Positions 1-9,982 are shown, numbered from the stretch's first letter. The stretch is 40,442 bases of DNA from Sphingomicrobium sp. (GCA_039934055.1 JBDTMX010000102.1:1-40442); one strand, 5' to 3'. Notes: a model not told the origin generated them from the sequence alone. A program made the numbers and translations.

Positions 1-344
1 GCCGGCATGACCATGAAGAACACCATGATCAGGCCGTGGGCGGTGATCAGCACGTTCCAGTGGTGGGTCCACTCGTCGAAATTGGCGGTGCCCGAACCGA
101 GCGGCCAGGCGTGGTTGAGAATCTGGATCCCCGGTTCGGCCAGCTCGGCGCGCATGATCCCGGAAATCGCCCCGCCGATGATCCCGGCGACGATCGCGAA
201 GATCAAATAGAGCGTGCCGATGTCCTTGTGGTTGGTCGACATGAACCAGCGGGTGAAGAAGCCCGGCTTGTGATCGGCGTCATGGTGCGCGTCGTGGGCC
301 TCGTGGGCCTTCAGCGGCAGCGCGTCGGCGGGAATGGTGCTCAT
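1..344 (-). CDS. coxA: Cytochrome c oxidase subunit I, 5' part; runs off the left edge of the window
   Basis: Not in the ORF track. ATG at 344 reads [46 protein letters not shown], containing the COX1 N-terminal STNHKDIG motif. It lies directly downstream of coxB. Confidence 0.96.
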   Translation of the reverse strand, partial: MSTIPADALPLKAHEAHDAHHDADHKPGFFTRWFMSTNHKDIGTLYLIFAIVAGIIGGAISGIMRAELAEPGIQILNHAWPLGSGTANFDEWTHHWNVLITAHGLIMVFFMVMP

Positions 345-358
345 TGAGTCGTTCGCTC

Positions 359-1399
359 TTAATTCTGGGCCGTTGCGGCCGGGTTCATTGCGGGCTGGGG
401 CTGGGCGGCGGCCGGCACCGCGGCTGCGGCGACCGGTGCGATCGCGCTGCTGTCGGGCTTGGCCGGCGCGGACCCGGGCATGGTTCCGCCCTTGGATGCG
501 ACCCATGCGGCGAAGCGCTCAGGCGACACCACTTCGATGGCGATCGGCATATAGCCGTGGCGGGCGCCGCACAGCTCCGAGCATTGGCCGAAATAGACGC
601 CCGGCCGGTCGACCTTGGCCCAGGTCTCGTTGAGCTGGCCCGGGTTGCCGTCCATCTTCTGCCACAAGGCCGGGACCCCGAAGCTGTGGATCACGTCGTT
701 CGAAGTGACGATGAACTTCACTACCTTGCCGACGGGGATCACCATCCGCTCGTCGACCGCCAGCAGCGGCGGCCCGTCAGCGTCGGTGCGGAACCGCTCG
801 CCCGGCTTCACGTCGCCCTTTTCCTTGAGCATGTTGGAGACGATCTCGAGGTCGCCGTTGTCGGGATATTGGTAGGTCCAAAACCATTGATTGCCGATCA
901 CCTTGACCGTCAAATCGGCCTTGGGGGGTGAATATTGGTGGCGCAGCAGCTGGATCGACGGGATCGCGATCGCCACCAGGATCAGCACCGGAACCAGCGT
1001 CCAGACGATCTCGAGCAGGGTGTTGTGGGTGTTGCGCGACGGCACCGGATGCGCGCTGCGGCGAAAGCGGAACATCGCATAGCCGAGCAGCCCGAGGACG
1101 AAAATGCTGATCGCCGCGCACAGCACCAGGAGCCAATTGTCGTGGAAGCCCTGCGCCTCACGGCCGATGCCGGTGACCTGGAACTGGATGCCCTTGCGAC
1201 CGTCGGGAACGCCGATTCCGGGCGTCGGGGCGATCACCGGCATCGCCATCGCCGGCATCGCGGAATGGTCGGCTGCCGCGGCGGGTTGGGCCTGAACTGC
1301 CGTAGTCGCGGGAGCAGCCGTCGGCGGAGCCTGCGCCGCTGCCGGTGTCAGCCCGGCCGCCGCCAGGACAATCGCCCATCCAATCAGTTTCATTCGCAC
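359..1399 (-). CDS. coxB: Cytochrome c oxidase subunit II
   Basis: Signal peptide, two TM helices, [15 protein letters not shown] and the CuA motif [12 protein letters not shown]. Start is GTG 1399 or ATG 1393. Confidence 0.97.
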   Translation of the reverse strand: MRMKLIGWAIVLAAAGLTPAAAQAPPTAAPATTAVQAQPAAAADHSAMPAMAMPVIAPTPGIGVPDGRKGIQFQVTGIGREAQGFHDNWLLVLCAAISIFVLGLLGYAMFRFRRSAHPVPSRNTHNTLLEIVWTLVPVLILVAIAIPSIQLLRHQYSPPKADLTVKVIGNQWFWTYQYPDNGDLEIVSNMLKEKGDVKPGERFRTDADGPPLLAVDERMVIPVGKVVKFIVTSNDVIHSFGVPALWQKMDGNPGQLNETWAKVDRPGVYFGQCSELCGARHGYMPIAIEVVSPERFAAWVASKGGTMPGSAPAKPDSSAIAPVAAAAVPAAAQPQPAMNPAATAQN

Positions 1400-1456
1400 C
1401 CCGGTGACATGGGTTGGGACTGGGACCGCCGCCGCGGGGCCCCGGATTTGGGCGGC

Positions 1457-1485
1457 CTTATAGGCGCGGCTTTTGCTCCCCTCAA
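1457..1485 (-). promoter_or_regulatory. Putative sigma70 promoter for coxBA
   Basis: Minus strand reads TTGAGG-17nt-TATAAG upstream of coxB. Confidence 0.5.
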
Positions 1486-1514
1486 GCGTCAGTTCCGCTT
1501 GCCACGCCAGAGTG

Positions 1515-1543
1515 TTGAAGCAGCCTCGCGAGCAGCCTATTCA
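1515..1543 (+). promoter_or_regulatory. Putative sigma70 promoter for the pyrE operon
   Basis: TTGAAG-17nt-TATTCA, 30 nt before the pyrE ATG and divergent from the cox promoter. Confidence 0.5.
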
Positions 1544-1572
1544 CGCGGCCCGATGAGCTTTGGAACCCGCAT

Positions 1573-2157
1573 ATGACCGACGACGAGATCCTCGATGAGT
1601 TCCGCGCCGCGCAAGCGCTGCTCGAAGGGCACTTCATCCTTTCGTCGGGCTTGAGGAGCCCGCGCTACCTGCAATGCGCGCGGGTGCTGATGGACCCGGC
1701 GCGGGCCGAGCGGTTGGCAAAAGCGCTTGCCGCCAAGCTGCCCGCCGGAGTGCGCGACCAGGTCGACGCGGTGGTCTCGCCGGCGATGGGCGGGGTGATT
1801 ATCGGCCACGAAATGGGCCGCGTGCTCGGCCGGCCGGCGATGTTCGTCGAGCGGCCGGAAGGCATTTTCGGGCTGCGCCGCGGGTTTCGGCTCGAGCCCG
1901 GCAGCCAGGTGCTGCTGGTCGAGGACGTGGTCACCACCGGCCTCTCGTCGCGCGAGGCGATCGCCGCGATCGAGGCGGCCGGGGGCAAGGTGGTCGGGGC
2001 CGCGGCGCTGGTCGACCGCTCGGACGGCAAGGCCGACCTCGGGGTGCCGTTCACGCCGCTGATCCGGATCGATGTCCCGACCTATTCGGCCGACGACCTT
2101 CCGCCCGAGCTGGCGTCGATCCCGCCGGTGAAGCCCGGAAGCCGCCAGGCAGCGTGA
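1573..2157 (+). CDS. pyrE: Orotate phosphoribosyltransferase
   Basis: GHFILSSG motif and PRPP-binding loop [12 protein letters not shown]. Confidence 0.96.
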   Translation: MTDDEILDEFRAAQALLEGHFILSSGLRSPRYLQCARVLMDPARAERLAKALAAKLPAGVRDQVDAVVSPAMGGVIIGHEMGRVLGRPAMFVERPEGIFGLRRGFRLEPGSQVLLVEDVVTTGLSSREAIAAIEAAGGKVVGAAALVDRSDGKADLGVPFTPLIRIDVPTYSADDLPPELASIPPVKPGSRQAA

Positions 2158-2882
2158 CCGGCCCCTTACGTCTCGGGGTCAACATCGACCATGTCGCGAC
2201 CATCCGCAACGCGCGCGGCGGGCCGCATCCCGACCCGGTCCGCGCCGCCATCGCCGCCGCCGCGGCCGGAGCGGACGGCATCACCGCGCACTTGCGCGAA
2301 GACCGCAGGCACATCACCGATCGAGATATCGACCGGCTGATGGCCGAGATCGACCTGCCGCTGAACCTCGAGATGGCGGCGACCGAGGAGATGCTGGGAA
2401 TCGCGCTGGCGCACCGGCCGCACGCCGCCTGCATCGTCCCCGAAAAGCGCGAGGAGCGGACCACCGAGGGCGGGCTCGACGCCGCCGGGCAAATCGAGAC
2501 GCTGCGGCCATACGTTGAGCGGCTGAAAGGCGCGGGAATTCGCGTCAGCCTGTTCATCGAACCGTCCGCGGCGCAAGTCGACGCCGCCATCCAGCTCGCT
2601 GCTCCGGTGGTTGAGTTCCACACCGGCCGCTACGCCCATGTCGACGGGGAGGAGCGTGCGAACGAGCTCAAGCGCATCGCCGATTGCGCCGCGCTCGCGG
2701 TCAAGAACGGCATCGAGCCCCACGCCGGCCACGGCCTGACCTTCGACAATGTCGCGCCGGTCGCCGCCATCCCCCAGCTCGCCGAGCTCAACGTCGGCCA
2801 TTTCCTGGTCGGCGAAGCGATTTTCACCGGGCTCGAGGCGAGTGTCCGGCGCATGCGCGCGCTGATGGATTCGGCCAGATGA
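2154..2882 (+). CDS. pdxJ: Pyridoxine 5'-phosphate synthase
   Basis: GTG start overlaps the pyrE stop (GTGA). Motifs [31 protein letters not shown]. Confidence 0.97.
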   Translation: MTGPLRLGVNIDHVATIRNARGGPHPDPVRAAIAAAAAGADGITAHLREDRRHITDRDIDRLMAEIDLPLNLEMAATEEMLGIALAHRPHAACIVPEKREERTTEGGLDAAGQIETLRPYVERLKGAGIRVSLFIEPSAAQVDAAIQLAAPVVEFHTGRYAHVDGEERANELKRIADCAALAVKNGIEPHAGHGLTFDNVAPVAAIPQLAELNVGHFLVGEAIFTGLEASVRRMRALMDSAR

Positions 2883-3286
2883 TCGTCGGGATCGGATCGG
2901 ATATCTGCAACATCGCGCGGATCGAGAAGTCGCTCGAGCGGTTCGGCGAGCGCTTCCTCAACCGCGTGTTCACCGCCACCGAGCGGGCCAAGGCGGAATC
3001 GCGGCTGCACACCGGTGCCGGGACGCTGGCTAAGCGTTTCGCCGCCAAGGAAGCCTTTTCGAAAGCGGTCGGCACCGGCTTCAAGCGCGGCGTGTTCATG
3101 AAGGACATCGGCGTCGTCAATGCAGCCTCGGGTGCGCCGACCCTTGAGCTGACCGGCGGCGCCCGCGCGACGCTTGACGCCCTTGCGCCGGCGGGCCACG
3201 CGATCGATATCCATTTGACCATGACCGACGATTACCCCTGGGCGCAGGCGTTCGTCATCCTCACCGCACGCAAGATGGAGTCCTGA
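2879..3286 (+). CDS. acpS: Holo-[acyl-carrier-protein] synthase
   Basis: ATGA overlap with pdxJ. Motifs MIVGIGSDI and [16 protein letters not shown]. Confidence 0.96.
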   Translation: MIVGIGSDICNIARIEKSLERFGERFLNRVFTATERAKAESRLHTGAGTLAKRFAAKEAFSKAVGTGFKRGVFMKDIGVVNAASGAPTLELTGGARATLDALAPAGHAIDIHLTMTDDYPWAQAFVILTARKMES

Positions 3287-4162
3287 TTGAGCGACGACGT
3301 TCCGGGCGCGATGCTCGACCAGCAAGCCGCGCCGCCCGCGGAAAAGACGCAAACGAATGGCTCGGCCCTGTGGCGCGAGATCAGGGGATTGCTGTGGGTG
3401 CTGCTGGCGGTGCTGGCCTTCCACAGCTTCATCGCCAAGCCGTTCTACATCCCGTCGGAATCGATGATGCCGGGGCTGCTCAAGGGCGACCGGCTGGTGG
3501 TCAGCAAATATCCCTACGGCTGGTCGTGGGTCAGCCCGAGCTTCCACATTTTTCCGCATTGGGACGGACGATTTCTCGGCAAGATGCCCAAGCGCGGCGA
3601 CGTCGTTATCGTCACTCCGCCGGGCCAGCACGACGACTACATCAAGCGCGTGATCGGCCTGCCCGGCGATACCGTCGAGGTGCGCCACGGGCGGTTGATC
3701 CTCAACGGCCGCCCGGTGCCGTCTCAGGTGCGTCCGCCCGACCTGATCCCGGTTGATGCCAACGTGCCGTGCGGGATCGAGTTCTCGGGCTTCCTGGTCC
3801 GCCTCAACGGGCGCGACTATTGCCGCCTGCCGATCGTCCGCGAGACGCTTCCCAATGGGCCGAGCTATGACACCATCGACCTGGGCCAGAGCCCGGGCGA
3901 CGATTTCGGCCCGGTCAAGGTGCCCGCCGACCATCTGTTCCTGATGGGCGACAACCGCGACCGCAGCGCCGACAGCCGTTTCTCACTCGGCGCGCCCGAA
4001 TACGGGCTCGGCGGGCCGGTGCCGTGGGAGAATATCGGCGGCCGCGCCGAGTTCATCACCTTCTCGCTGGATGGCACGACCCAGCTCTGGAACCCGGTCA
4101 GCTGGGTCGAAGCACTGCGGGGTGGGCGCGCTGGGCACTCGCTGAGAGGAAAGACCAACTAG
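3287..4162 (+). CDS. lepB: Signal peptidase I
   Basis: IPSESM (catalytic Ser), YIKRVIGLPGD (Lys) and GDNRDRSADSR. Start is TTG 3287 or ATG 3311. Confidence 0.96.
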   Translation: MSDDVPGAMLDQQAAPPAEKTQTNGSALWREIRGLLWVLLAVLAFHSFIAKPFYIPSESMMPGLLKGDRLVVSKYPYGWSWVSPSFHIFPHWDGRFLGKMPKRGDVVIVTPPGQHDDYIKRVIGLPGDTVEVRHGRLILNGRPVPSQVRPPDLIPVDANVPCGIEFSGFLVRLNGRDYCRLPIVRETLPNGPSYDTIDLGQSPGDDFGPVKVPADHLFLMGDNRDRSADSRFSLGAPEYGLGGPVPWENIGGRAEFITFSLDGTTQLWNPVSWVEALRGGRAGHSLRGKTN

Positions 4163-5242
4163 ATGGTGCGGCCGCCGACCGTCGAGCCGCATGTCGAGCG
4201 GCCGGGCCCGGCGGAATTCCGCGACCCGCTGGTACGCCGTGAAATGCGGAAAGCGGCGGTGTGGCTGGGCATGGCGCTGGGAATCATCGGCATCGTCTTC
4301 CTCGCCCAGCCGCTGCTGCTGATCGTCGGCGGAATGATCTTCGCGGTGTTCCTCGACGGCGGCACGCGGTTGCTCGGACGGGCCCTGCCGATCCCGCGCG
4401 GCTGGCGCCTGCTGCTGACGATCCTGCTCGGTTTCGGCTTCCTTGGCTGGGTCGGCTGGTTTGCCGGGACGAGCATCGCCGCCCAGGCGGAAGCGCTGCG
4501 GATCGTGGTCACTGCCCAGTTTCACCGCCTGATGGAGTTCGTCGGCTCACTCGGTTTGCTGCCGAGGGGCCAATCGGCCACGGTCGGGGCCCAATTATTG
4601 GGTTCGGTCGGCCGGCTGACCAGCGCCGTCGGCAGCGCGATCGGCGCGCTGACCAGCGTCATCGTGATGATCGTCATCGGCATCTTCCTCGCCGCCGAGC
4701 CCCGGATTTACGACCGCGGCATCGCGTGGATGCTGCCGATCCGTGCCCGCACGGGCTTCTACCGAATCGCCGACCACGTCGGTTTCACCCTTCGCCGCTT
4801 GCTGTTCGGACGGCTCGTCGGAATGCTGTTCGAAGGCATCTTCACCTGGTTCATGCTGATGCTAGGCGGAGTGCCGATGGCCGCCCTCCTCGGCCTTGTC
4901 ACCGGCGTGCTCGCCTTCATCCCCAACATCGGCGCGATCACCTCGGGTGTGCTGATGGTCGCGGTCGGCTTCAGCGCCGGCCCGAGCCAGGGCCTGTGGG
5001 CGATCTTCGTCTATTTCTTCGTCCAGAACATCGACGGCTATCTGGTCGTCCCGTACATCGCCCGGCGGACCGTCGACCTGGCGCCGGCGATTGTGCTTGC
5101 GATGCAGCTGCTGATGGGCGCGCTGTTCGGGATATTGGGCGTGCTGTTCGCCGACCCGATCCTCGCCTCGCTGAAGGTGGTGCTGGTCGACTTGAGCCAC
5201 CGGCACGCGGCCGAGACGGGCGACCTTCCCGAAGTCGTTTAG
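4163..5242 (+). CDS. AI-2E (PerM/TqsA) family membrane transporter
   Basis: Multi-TM protein with LAFIPNIG and G..G.L.A.P motifs typical of the AI-2E family. Confidence 0.85.
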   Translation: MVRPPTVEPHVERPGPAEFRDPLVRREMRKAAVWLGMALGIIGIVFLAQPLLLIVGGMIFAVFLDGGTRLLGRALPIPRGWRLLLTILLGFGFLGWVGWFAGTSIAAQAEALRIVVTAQFHRLMEFVGSLGLLPRGQSATVGAQLLGSVGRLTSAVGSAIGALTSVIVMIVIGIFLAAEPRIYDRGIAWMLPIRARTGFYRIADHVGFTLRRLLFGRLVGMLFEGIFTWFMLMLGGVPMAALLGLVTGVLAFIPNIGAITSGVLMVAVGFSAGPSQGLWAIFVYFFVQNIDGYLVVPYIARRTVDLAPAIVLAMQLLMGALFGILGVLFADPILASLKVVLVDLSHRHAAETGDLPEVV

Positions 5243-5254
5243 GCCCTTGCTCGA

Positions 5255-5812
5255 CTAAGGCTGTTGCGGCGGCGCTTCCTGCGGCGGGACTTCCTGCGGC
5301 TGCGCTTCCTGGGGCAGTGCTTCCTGCGGCGCGGCCTGCTGCATCAAGGCGGCATTGGGCACGACCTGGACGACGTGGACGTCGAATTCGAGGTCGGAGT
5401 TCGGCGGGATCGGGCTTCCGGCCGGCGGCGCCGCACCGTAGCCGAGGCTGGCCGGGATGCGCACCCGGTAGCGCCCGCCCTTCTGCATGTTGGTCAAGGC
5501 TTCGGCGAAGCCGGGAATGACCTGGCCGGCGATCATCGGCGTCGGCCCGCGGCCTTCGCTGGTGTCGAACACGGTCCCGTTGGGAAGCCGCCCCTCATAT
5601 TCGATCAGCACTCCGTCGACCGGCTTGATGCGCGGGCCCGATCCGGCCTCGATGGCGCGGAACTGGAGCCCGCTGGCGGTGGTCGTACCGCGCAGCGAGC
5701 CGGCTCCGAGCCATGCCAGCGCGATCCCGGCGGCGACCAGCAGCAGGATGCCGAGCCACAGCTTGCCGACGCCGGGGCTGGTCGGAGGGTGGGCAACGGT
5801 GTTGGCGGACAT
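5255..5812 (-). CDS. FKBP-type peptidyl-prolyl cis-trans isomerase with an N-terminal TM anchor
   Basis: YEGRLPNGTVFDTS, VIPGFAEAL, IPASLGYG, IPPNSDLEFDV. Confidence 0.94.
   Translation of the reverse strand: MSANTVAHPPTSPGVGKLWLGILLLVAAGIALAWLGAGSLRGTTTASGLQFRAIEAGSGPRIKPVDGVLIEYEGRLPNGTVFDTSEGRGPTPMIAGQVIPGFAEALTNMQKGGRYRVRIPASLGYGAAPPAGSPIPPNSDLEFDVHVVQVVPNAALMQQAAPQEALPQEAQPQEVPPQEAPPQQP
5266..5340. repeat. Five degenerate 15-bp tandem units encoding the PQEAx C-terminal tail of the FKBP
   Basis: gcggcggcgcttcct / gcggcgggacttcct / gcggctgcgcttcct / ggggcagtgcttcct / gcggcgcggcctgct. Confidence 0.85.
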
Positions 5813-5847
5813 GGAATTCGGCCTCCCGGGGCAGGCGGCGAACGAAT

Positions 5848-6057
5848 CTAGCGGGCGGTGCCTTCGCGTTCCATCCGCTTGCGCTCGAGCTTGCGGGCGC
5901 GGCGGATCGCGGCGGCCCGCTCGCGGGCTCGCTTCTCGGACGGCTTTTCATAGTGCCGGCGCAGCTTCATCTCGCGGTAGACGCCTTCGCGCTGCAGCTT
6001 CTTCTTGAGCGCGCGCAGCGCTTGCTCGACGTTATTGTCGCGAACGATGATCTGCAT
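5848..6057 (-). CDS. rpsU: 30S ribosomal protein S21
   Basis: [25 protein letters not shown]...[10 protein letters not shown]. Confidence 0.98.
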   Translation of the reverse strand: MQIIVRDNNVEQALRALKKKLQREGVYREMKLRRHYEKPSEKRARERAAAIRRARKLERKRMEREGTAR

Positions 6058-6183
6058 AAAAAGCCGTCACACTCCTAGTTTTTTGCCCTTGCGAGGGCTG
6101 AACGAACCACATGCAGCCAAGGGGCCGCGGAGGCTCGTTCCAATGCCAATTATTCGCCGCAGGCGGACCTACGGCGGCGCGGC

Positions 6184-6212
6184 CACATAACAGTGTCCGC
6201 AAAACCGTTCAA
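6184..6212 (-). promoter_or_regulatory. Putative sigma70 promoter for rpsU
   Basis: Minus strand reads TTGAAC-17nt-TATGTG. Confidence 0.5.
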
Positions 6213-6282
6213 GTCAGAGAAGCTGGCGGGAGCGTCTCGGTTGGAATGGCGTCGGCGGGTCGCTGCTCGCCTGCGTGGGCTT

Positions 6283-6507
6283 TCAGGCGTCGGTCGGCCA
6301 GCCTTCGAACAAGGCGCCGCTGCGATTGACCTTGACCAGGCGCTTCATCTCTTTCGCGCACGCGTCGAGATCGTCCTTGAGCGACTGAATGGCGGTATCG
6401 ATTTCATCGTCTGCGATGAAGTCGCCAGTGAGCTGGAGCGACCGCGCGATCACTCTCGCTCCGTGGACGCCATGTTCCACGTGCAGCTTGTCGAGAATGC
6501 CGGTCAT
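6283..6507 (-). CDS. Small hypothetical protein (74 aa)
   Basis: ATG at 6507 (MTGILDKL...) is preceded by GGAGG. No recognisable motif. Confidence 0.65.
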   Translation of the reverse strand: MTGILDKLHVEHGVHGARVIARSLQLTGDFIADDEIDTAIQSLKDDLDACAKEMKRLVKVNRSGALFEGWPTDA

Positions 6508-6717
6508 ACGCGCCTCCATGCTTGCGTTAAGCATATAGTAGGCTGCGGCAGGATGCGACAAGTTAACCCAATCTCGGACTGCCTCACTGTCCCGTTTTTA
6601 CACGTTCGTGCGGTGAGCCGTTGATCTGGCGCGGTGAGGCGGGCAACCAATTCAATCTGGTTATCGGGGATTAAGCTTTTAGCTGATACACCGTTCGTTT
6701 CCGAGCGGAGGGACTGG

Positions 6718-7407
6718 ATGTCGTTGAATCGCAGAGAGATGTTGCGTCTGGGCGCCGTTGGCGTCAGCGGCGCGATGCTGTCCTCTGCGGCCAGCTCCGT
6801 CGGCCTGCCCTCGATCGTCTTCCGCGTACCGCCCGCCCCTGGACTCCCGCAGCCCCAGTTTGCTCAGCCCCAGTTTGCTCAGCCCCAGGCTCCGGCCGGG
6901 ATCGACCCGATGCTGTTCCAGCGCGCCAAGGCGGCGCTGATGGCGCACCCGGTCGCCGCCCGCGACGCGATCGGGATCGTCGATTTCTCCAAGCCGTCGA
7001 GCGAGCCGCGCTTCCACGTCGTCGATCTCGCCAGTGGCGCGGTCGAAAGCCACCTCGTCGCGCACGGCCGCGGCTCGGACCCCGACCACTCGGGCTTCCT
7101 CGAGCGCTTCTCCAACAATTTCGGGTCCTATGCGACGTCGAGCGGCACCTACACTACCGCCGAATATTACGACGGGAAGTACGGGCTTTCGATGAAGGTC
7201 CGCGGGCTCGACTGGACCAACAACAACGCCGAGGCGCGCGCGATCGTCATCCACAATGCGTGGTACGCCGAGCCCGAGATGATCGACATCCACGGCAAGC
7301 TCGGCCGCTCCGAGGGCTGCTTCGCTTTCTCGCGCGCCAGCCAGTGGAAGGTCATGAGCAAGCTCGCCGGCGGGCGCATGATCTACGCCGACAAGCTGCC
7401 CGCGTAA
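6718..7407 (+). CDS. Murein L,D-transpeptidase catalytic-domain protein (YkuD_2 type) with a Tat signal
   Basis: GGAGG RBS, N-RR-EML Tat motif, VAHGRGS, RAIVIH...GRSEGCFA (His/Cys catalytic motif). Confidence 0.9.
   Translation: MSLNRREMLRLGAVGVSGAMLSSAASSVGLPSIVFRVPPAPGLPQPQFAQPQFAQPQAPAGIDPMLFQRAKAALMAHPVAARDAIGIVDFSKPSSEPRFHVVDLASGAVESHLVAHGRGSDPDHSGFLERFSNNFGSYATSSGTYTTAEYYDGKYGLSMKVRGLDWTNNNAEARAIVIHNAWYAEPEMIDIHGKLGRSEGCFAFSRASQWKVMSKLAGGRMIYADKLPA
6850..6888 (+). repeat. Perfect 15-bp tandem repeat (2.6 copies) encoding a QPQFA linker
   Basis: cagccccagtttgct twice, followed by cagccccag. Confidence 0.9.
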
Positions 7408-7446
7408 TTTTCCGCCGGCTGGCCGACAGCCGACCCAATCCTTCGA

Positions 7447-8790
7447 TTATCTGGAAGCGACGTCCTTGGCCGGGGCCGCCGGCTTGGTCGCCGGCTTCTG
7501 GTCGAGCAGCGCCGCGATCACCTTGCCGTCGCGCTTGTAGACGTCGGTGTAGTCCTTGATCGTTCCATCGACCAACGCCGCCGACGACATGTAGACGATG
7601 TAGACCGGGAGCGGCTTGGGGAAATTGGCCTGGACCGTCTTCTCGCTGGCGAGCGCCGCCGAGATCTTGTCCGGGGTCCATTCGACGCCGCCGGGAGTGC
7701 CGTCGATGGTGGCGCCCTCGTTGAGCAGCTTGGTCGCCAAAGCAAGGATGTGCTCGGTGCGGATGCAGCCGTGGCTGAACGCGCGGACCTGGCTGTTGAA
7801 CTTGCTCCGGGCGTTGGTGTCGTGGAGGTAGATCGCCTTCGAATTGGGCATCACGAACTTGAGCTGGCCGAGCGCATTCTTGGGCCCCGGCGGCTGGCGC
7901 CAGCGCAGGATCTTGCCCTTGTCATCCTTGAACGGCACGTAGCCGGCCTTGCCGCGCACCTCGCCCTCGATGCTCTTGGGCACTTCCCACCACGGATTGA
8001 GGATCACCCCGGTCGCGACCGCCGACAGTTGCGGTGTGGGCGTGCTGATCTTGCCGGCCACCGCGTGGTGGCGCGAAGTAGTCACGCCATCCTCGACCAG
8101 CGCCGCCGTGTAGGCCGGGACATTGACGATGATGTAGCGCTCGCCAAGGTCGCGCGGCAGCCACCGCCAGCGGTCCATGTTGAGGCGGATGCGGTTGATC
8201 TTCGCCGTCTCGGTCGCCGGCGTGACCTCCAGCGCATGGCGCAGCGCGGCATATTGCGGGTGGCTCGGGAGCAGGCCACGCAGCGCGTCGGGAACACGAT
8301 GCTGGGCGAGAGCGACCTGCAACAGCACTGCCTGCTGGTTGGAATCGAGGTCGGGGTCGGGAATGTGCCAGTCCTGGCGGTCGTCGCCGCGGACGTGCCC
8401 GAACGCGAGGTCCGACGACAGCCGGTTGAAGCGGTCGGTGGCAGCCTGCGCAAGCAGCATCGGGTTGGCCGAGCGGAGCGCGACGATCAGTCCGTCGGGA
8501 TCGTAGTCGACCGGGCTGAGGCCCTCGGTGCCGATCTGCTGGATGAAGCCCAAGAGCGCCTGCGCGTCGCGCGGATCCCACATCGGCGGCGGCAGGACAA
8601 CGGGCGGCGTCGGAACGACCGCCGGGGGTTGCGGCTCGACCGCGGCCGGCGGCGGAACGTAGGCCGGCGGCGCATAAGTCGGTGGAACCGGCTGGACTGG
8701 AACGCCGCTGCGCACCTGGGCCGACGCCCAGGCCAGCGGAAGCGCCGACAATGCCGCGAAAGTACCCAGGAACCTTGAACGCCTGCCCAT
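7447..8790 (-). CDS. L,D-transpeptidase, YcbB/LdtD-like with scaffold domain
   Basis: NMDRWRWLP, IIVNVPAY, PGPKNALGQLKF, IYLHDT...SHGCIR. Likely start is ATG 8790, followed by a signal peptide and a Pro-rich linker. Confidence 0.92.
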   Translation of the reverse strand: MGRRSRFLGTFAALSALPLAWASAQVRSGVPVQPVPPTYAPPAYVPPPAAVEPQPPAVVPTPPVVLPPPMWDPRDAQALLGFIQQIGTEGLSPVDYDPDGLIVALRSANPMLLAQAATDRFNRLSSDLAFGHVRGDDRQDWHIPDPDLDSNQQAVLLQVALAQHRVPDALRGLLPSHPQYAALRHALEVTPATETAKINRIRLNMDRWRWLPRDLGERYIIVNVPAYTAALVEDGVTTSRHHAVAGKISTPTPQLSAVATGVILNPWWEVPKSIEGEVRGKAGYVPFKDDKGKILRWRQPPGPKNALGQLKFVMPNSKAIYLHDTNARSKFNSQVRAFSHGCIRTEHILALATKLLNEGATIDGTPGGVEWTPDKISAALASEKTVQANFPKPLPVYIVYMSSAALVDGTIKDYTDVYKRDGKVIAALLDQKPATKPAAPAKDVASR

Positions 8791-8981
8791 AGCCAACTCT
8801 TTATTATTGCAAGACAACAGCCCGAGGGCCTGCGCCCTCATGCCGTATCCGTTCCATACATGGGATGAACGGCTGCTACCAGTGACGCGGCGGACACAGC
8901 CGTCAACAATGGTGAAGCCAGCGCAAACCAATCGTTAAGGGCCGGCGGCTAGCATTCCTTGACCCAAGGGGAGAAGTTCGC

Positions 8982-9287
8982 GTGGCAGCCAAGTTCGGCC
9001 TTGATGGCGGGATGATCCCGCGCAGCGTGAAGCGCATGCTCGACGAGCGCACCGAGGAACGCCTCGATGCACAAGCGCAAACCGCGGTGATGGAGTTTCG
9101 CGGCCGCAAGCACATGGTCCGGCTGGTCAACACCTCGCCGTCGGGCGCTATGGTAATCTTTTCGCTCGTGCCGCATATCGGCGAGCAGGTTTGGTTTCAG
9201 CTGCTCGACCGGGGCCAGGTGAGCGCCAAAGTGCGTTGGGTGCGCGACGGATGCATTGGGATCAGTTTCGACGAACAGCGGGACTAG
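8982..9287 (+). CDS. Stand-alone PilZ-domain protein
   Basis: RxxxR (RTEER) and NxSxxG (NTSPSG) c-di-GMP motifs, plus VRW..GISF. Start uncertain (GTG 8982 or ATG 9012). Confidence 0.85.
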   Translation: MAAKFGLDGGMIPRSVKRMLDERTEERLDAQAQTAVMEFRGRKHMVRLVNTSPSGAMVIFSLVPHIGEQVWFQLLDRGQVSAKVRWVRDGCIGISFDEQRD

Positions 9288-9298
9288 CCTCGGTGGAG

Positions 9299-9616
9299 AT
9301 GAGTTTTTCGATGATCAAGGCGAGAATCGTCGATGCTGAGGACCCGAGCGACCGCCGTCGCGCGTCGCGCCAGCCGGTCGACCTCGAGGCGAAGATGCGG
9401 GAACTTGGCGAGAGCGGAATCGACGCCCGCATCCTCAATATCTCCGCCAGCGGCTTCATGGCCCAGTCCGAGGGCAGCTTCGAGGTGGGGTCGCGGGTGT
9501 GGCTGATGCTGCCTGGCCGCGATCGCGCCAATGCGGTCGTCAAATGGACCGCGGGCGACAAGCTTGGGGCCGAATTCGCCGAGCCGATTTCGCTCGAGGG
9601 TCTCGACCGCGAATAG
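9299..9616 (+). CDS. Stand-alone PilZ-domain protein
   Basis: RRASR and NISASG motifs, plus VKW..GAEF. Confidence 0.88.
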   Translation: MSFSMIKARIVDAEDPSDRRRASRQPVDLEAKMRELGESGIDARILNISASGFMAQSEGSFEVGSRVWLMLPGRDRANAVVKWTAGDKLGAEFAEPISLEGLDRE

Positions 9617-9721
9617 CCGGCGGGCGCGCGCCGCCTGCGATCGGCCCGCCGCACTGCTAGTCCAGCCACATGCAACCCCCGGCCCATTCGCTCGTTCAGC
9701 GGGCGAAAGGAAGGTCTTGTT

Positions 9722-9982
9722 ATGCTGACCAATCCATCGCAGCGCGAGATGCGCAAGAACCACGACCCCGCCGGACGGGGCTATCATGCGGTCTATCGCG
9801 AGCACGACGTCAATCATTGCCCCGGTTGTGGCCGGACTCACTGGCTGATCGGACGGATCTCGGCGGAGTGCGCATTCTGCTCAACCGCGCTGCCGCTGGC
9901 CGAGGCGAGCATGCGCTCGCACAAGGTGCCGGTGGTGATCCAGCACAAGAACCGCGATCACGCCCACGCCTGGGCGGCCTGA
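9722..9982 (+). CDS. Small hypothetical protein with a zinc ribbon (CPGC...CAFC)
   Basis: AAGGAAGG RBS and two CxxC pairs. Confidence 0.8.
   Translation: MLTNPSQREMRKNHDPAGRGYHAVYREHDVNHCPGCGRTHWLIGRISAECAFCSTALPLAEASMRSHKVPVVIQHKNRDHAHAWAA

Noticed and set aside
1674-2153. N-terminal extensions on the pdxJ, acpS, M14, M28, purE, rpmJ and epoxide hydrolase ORFs in the track
   Set aside because: They overlap upstream genes or intergenic DNA. Family motifs and RBS or stop-start overlaps point to the downstream starts used above.
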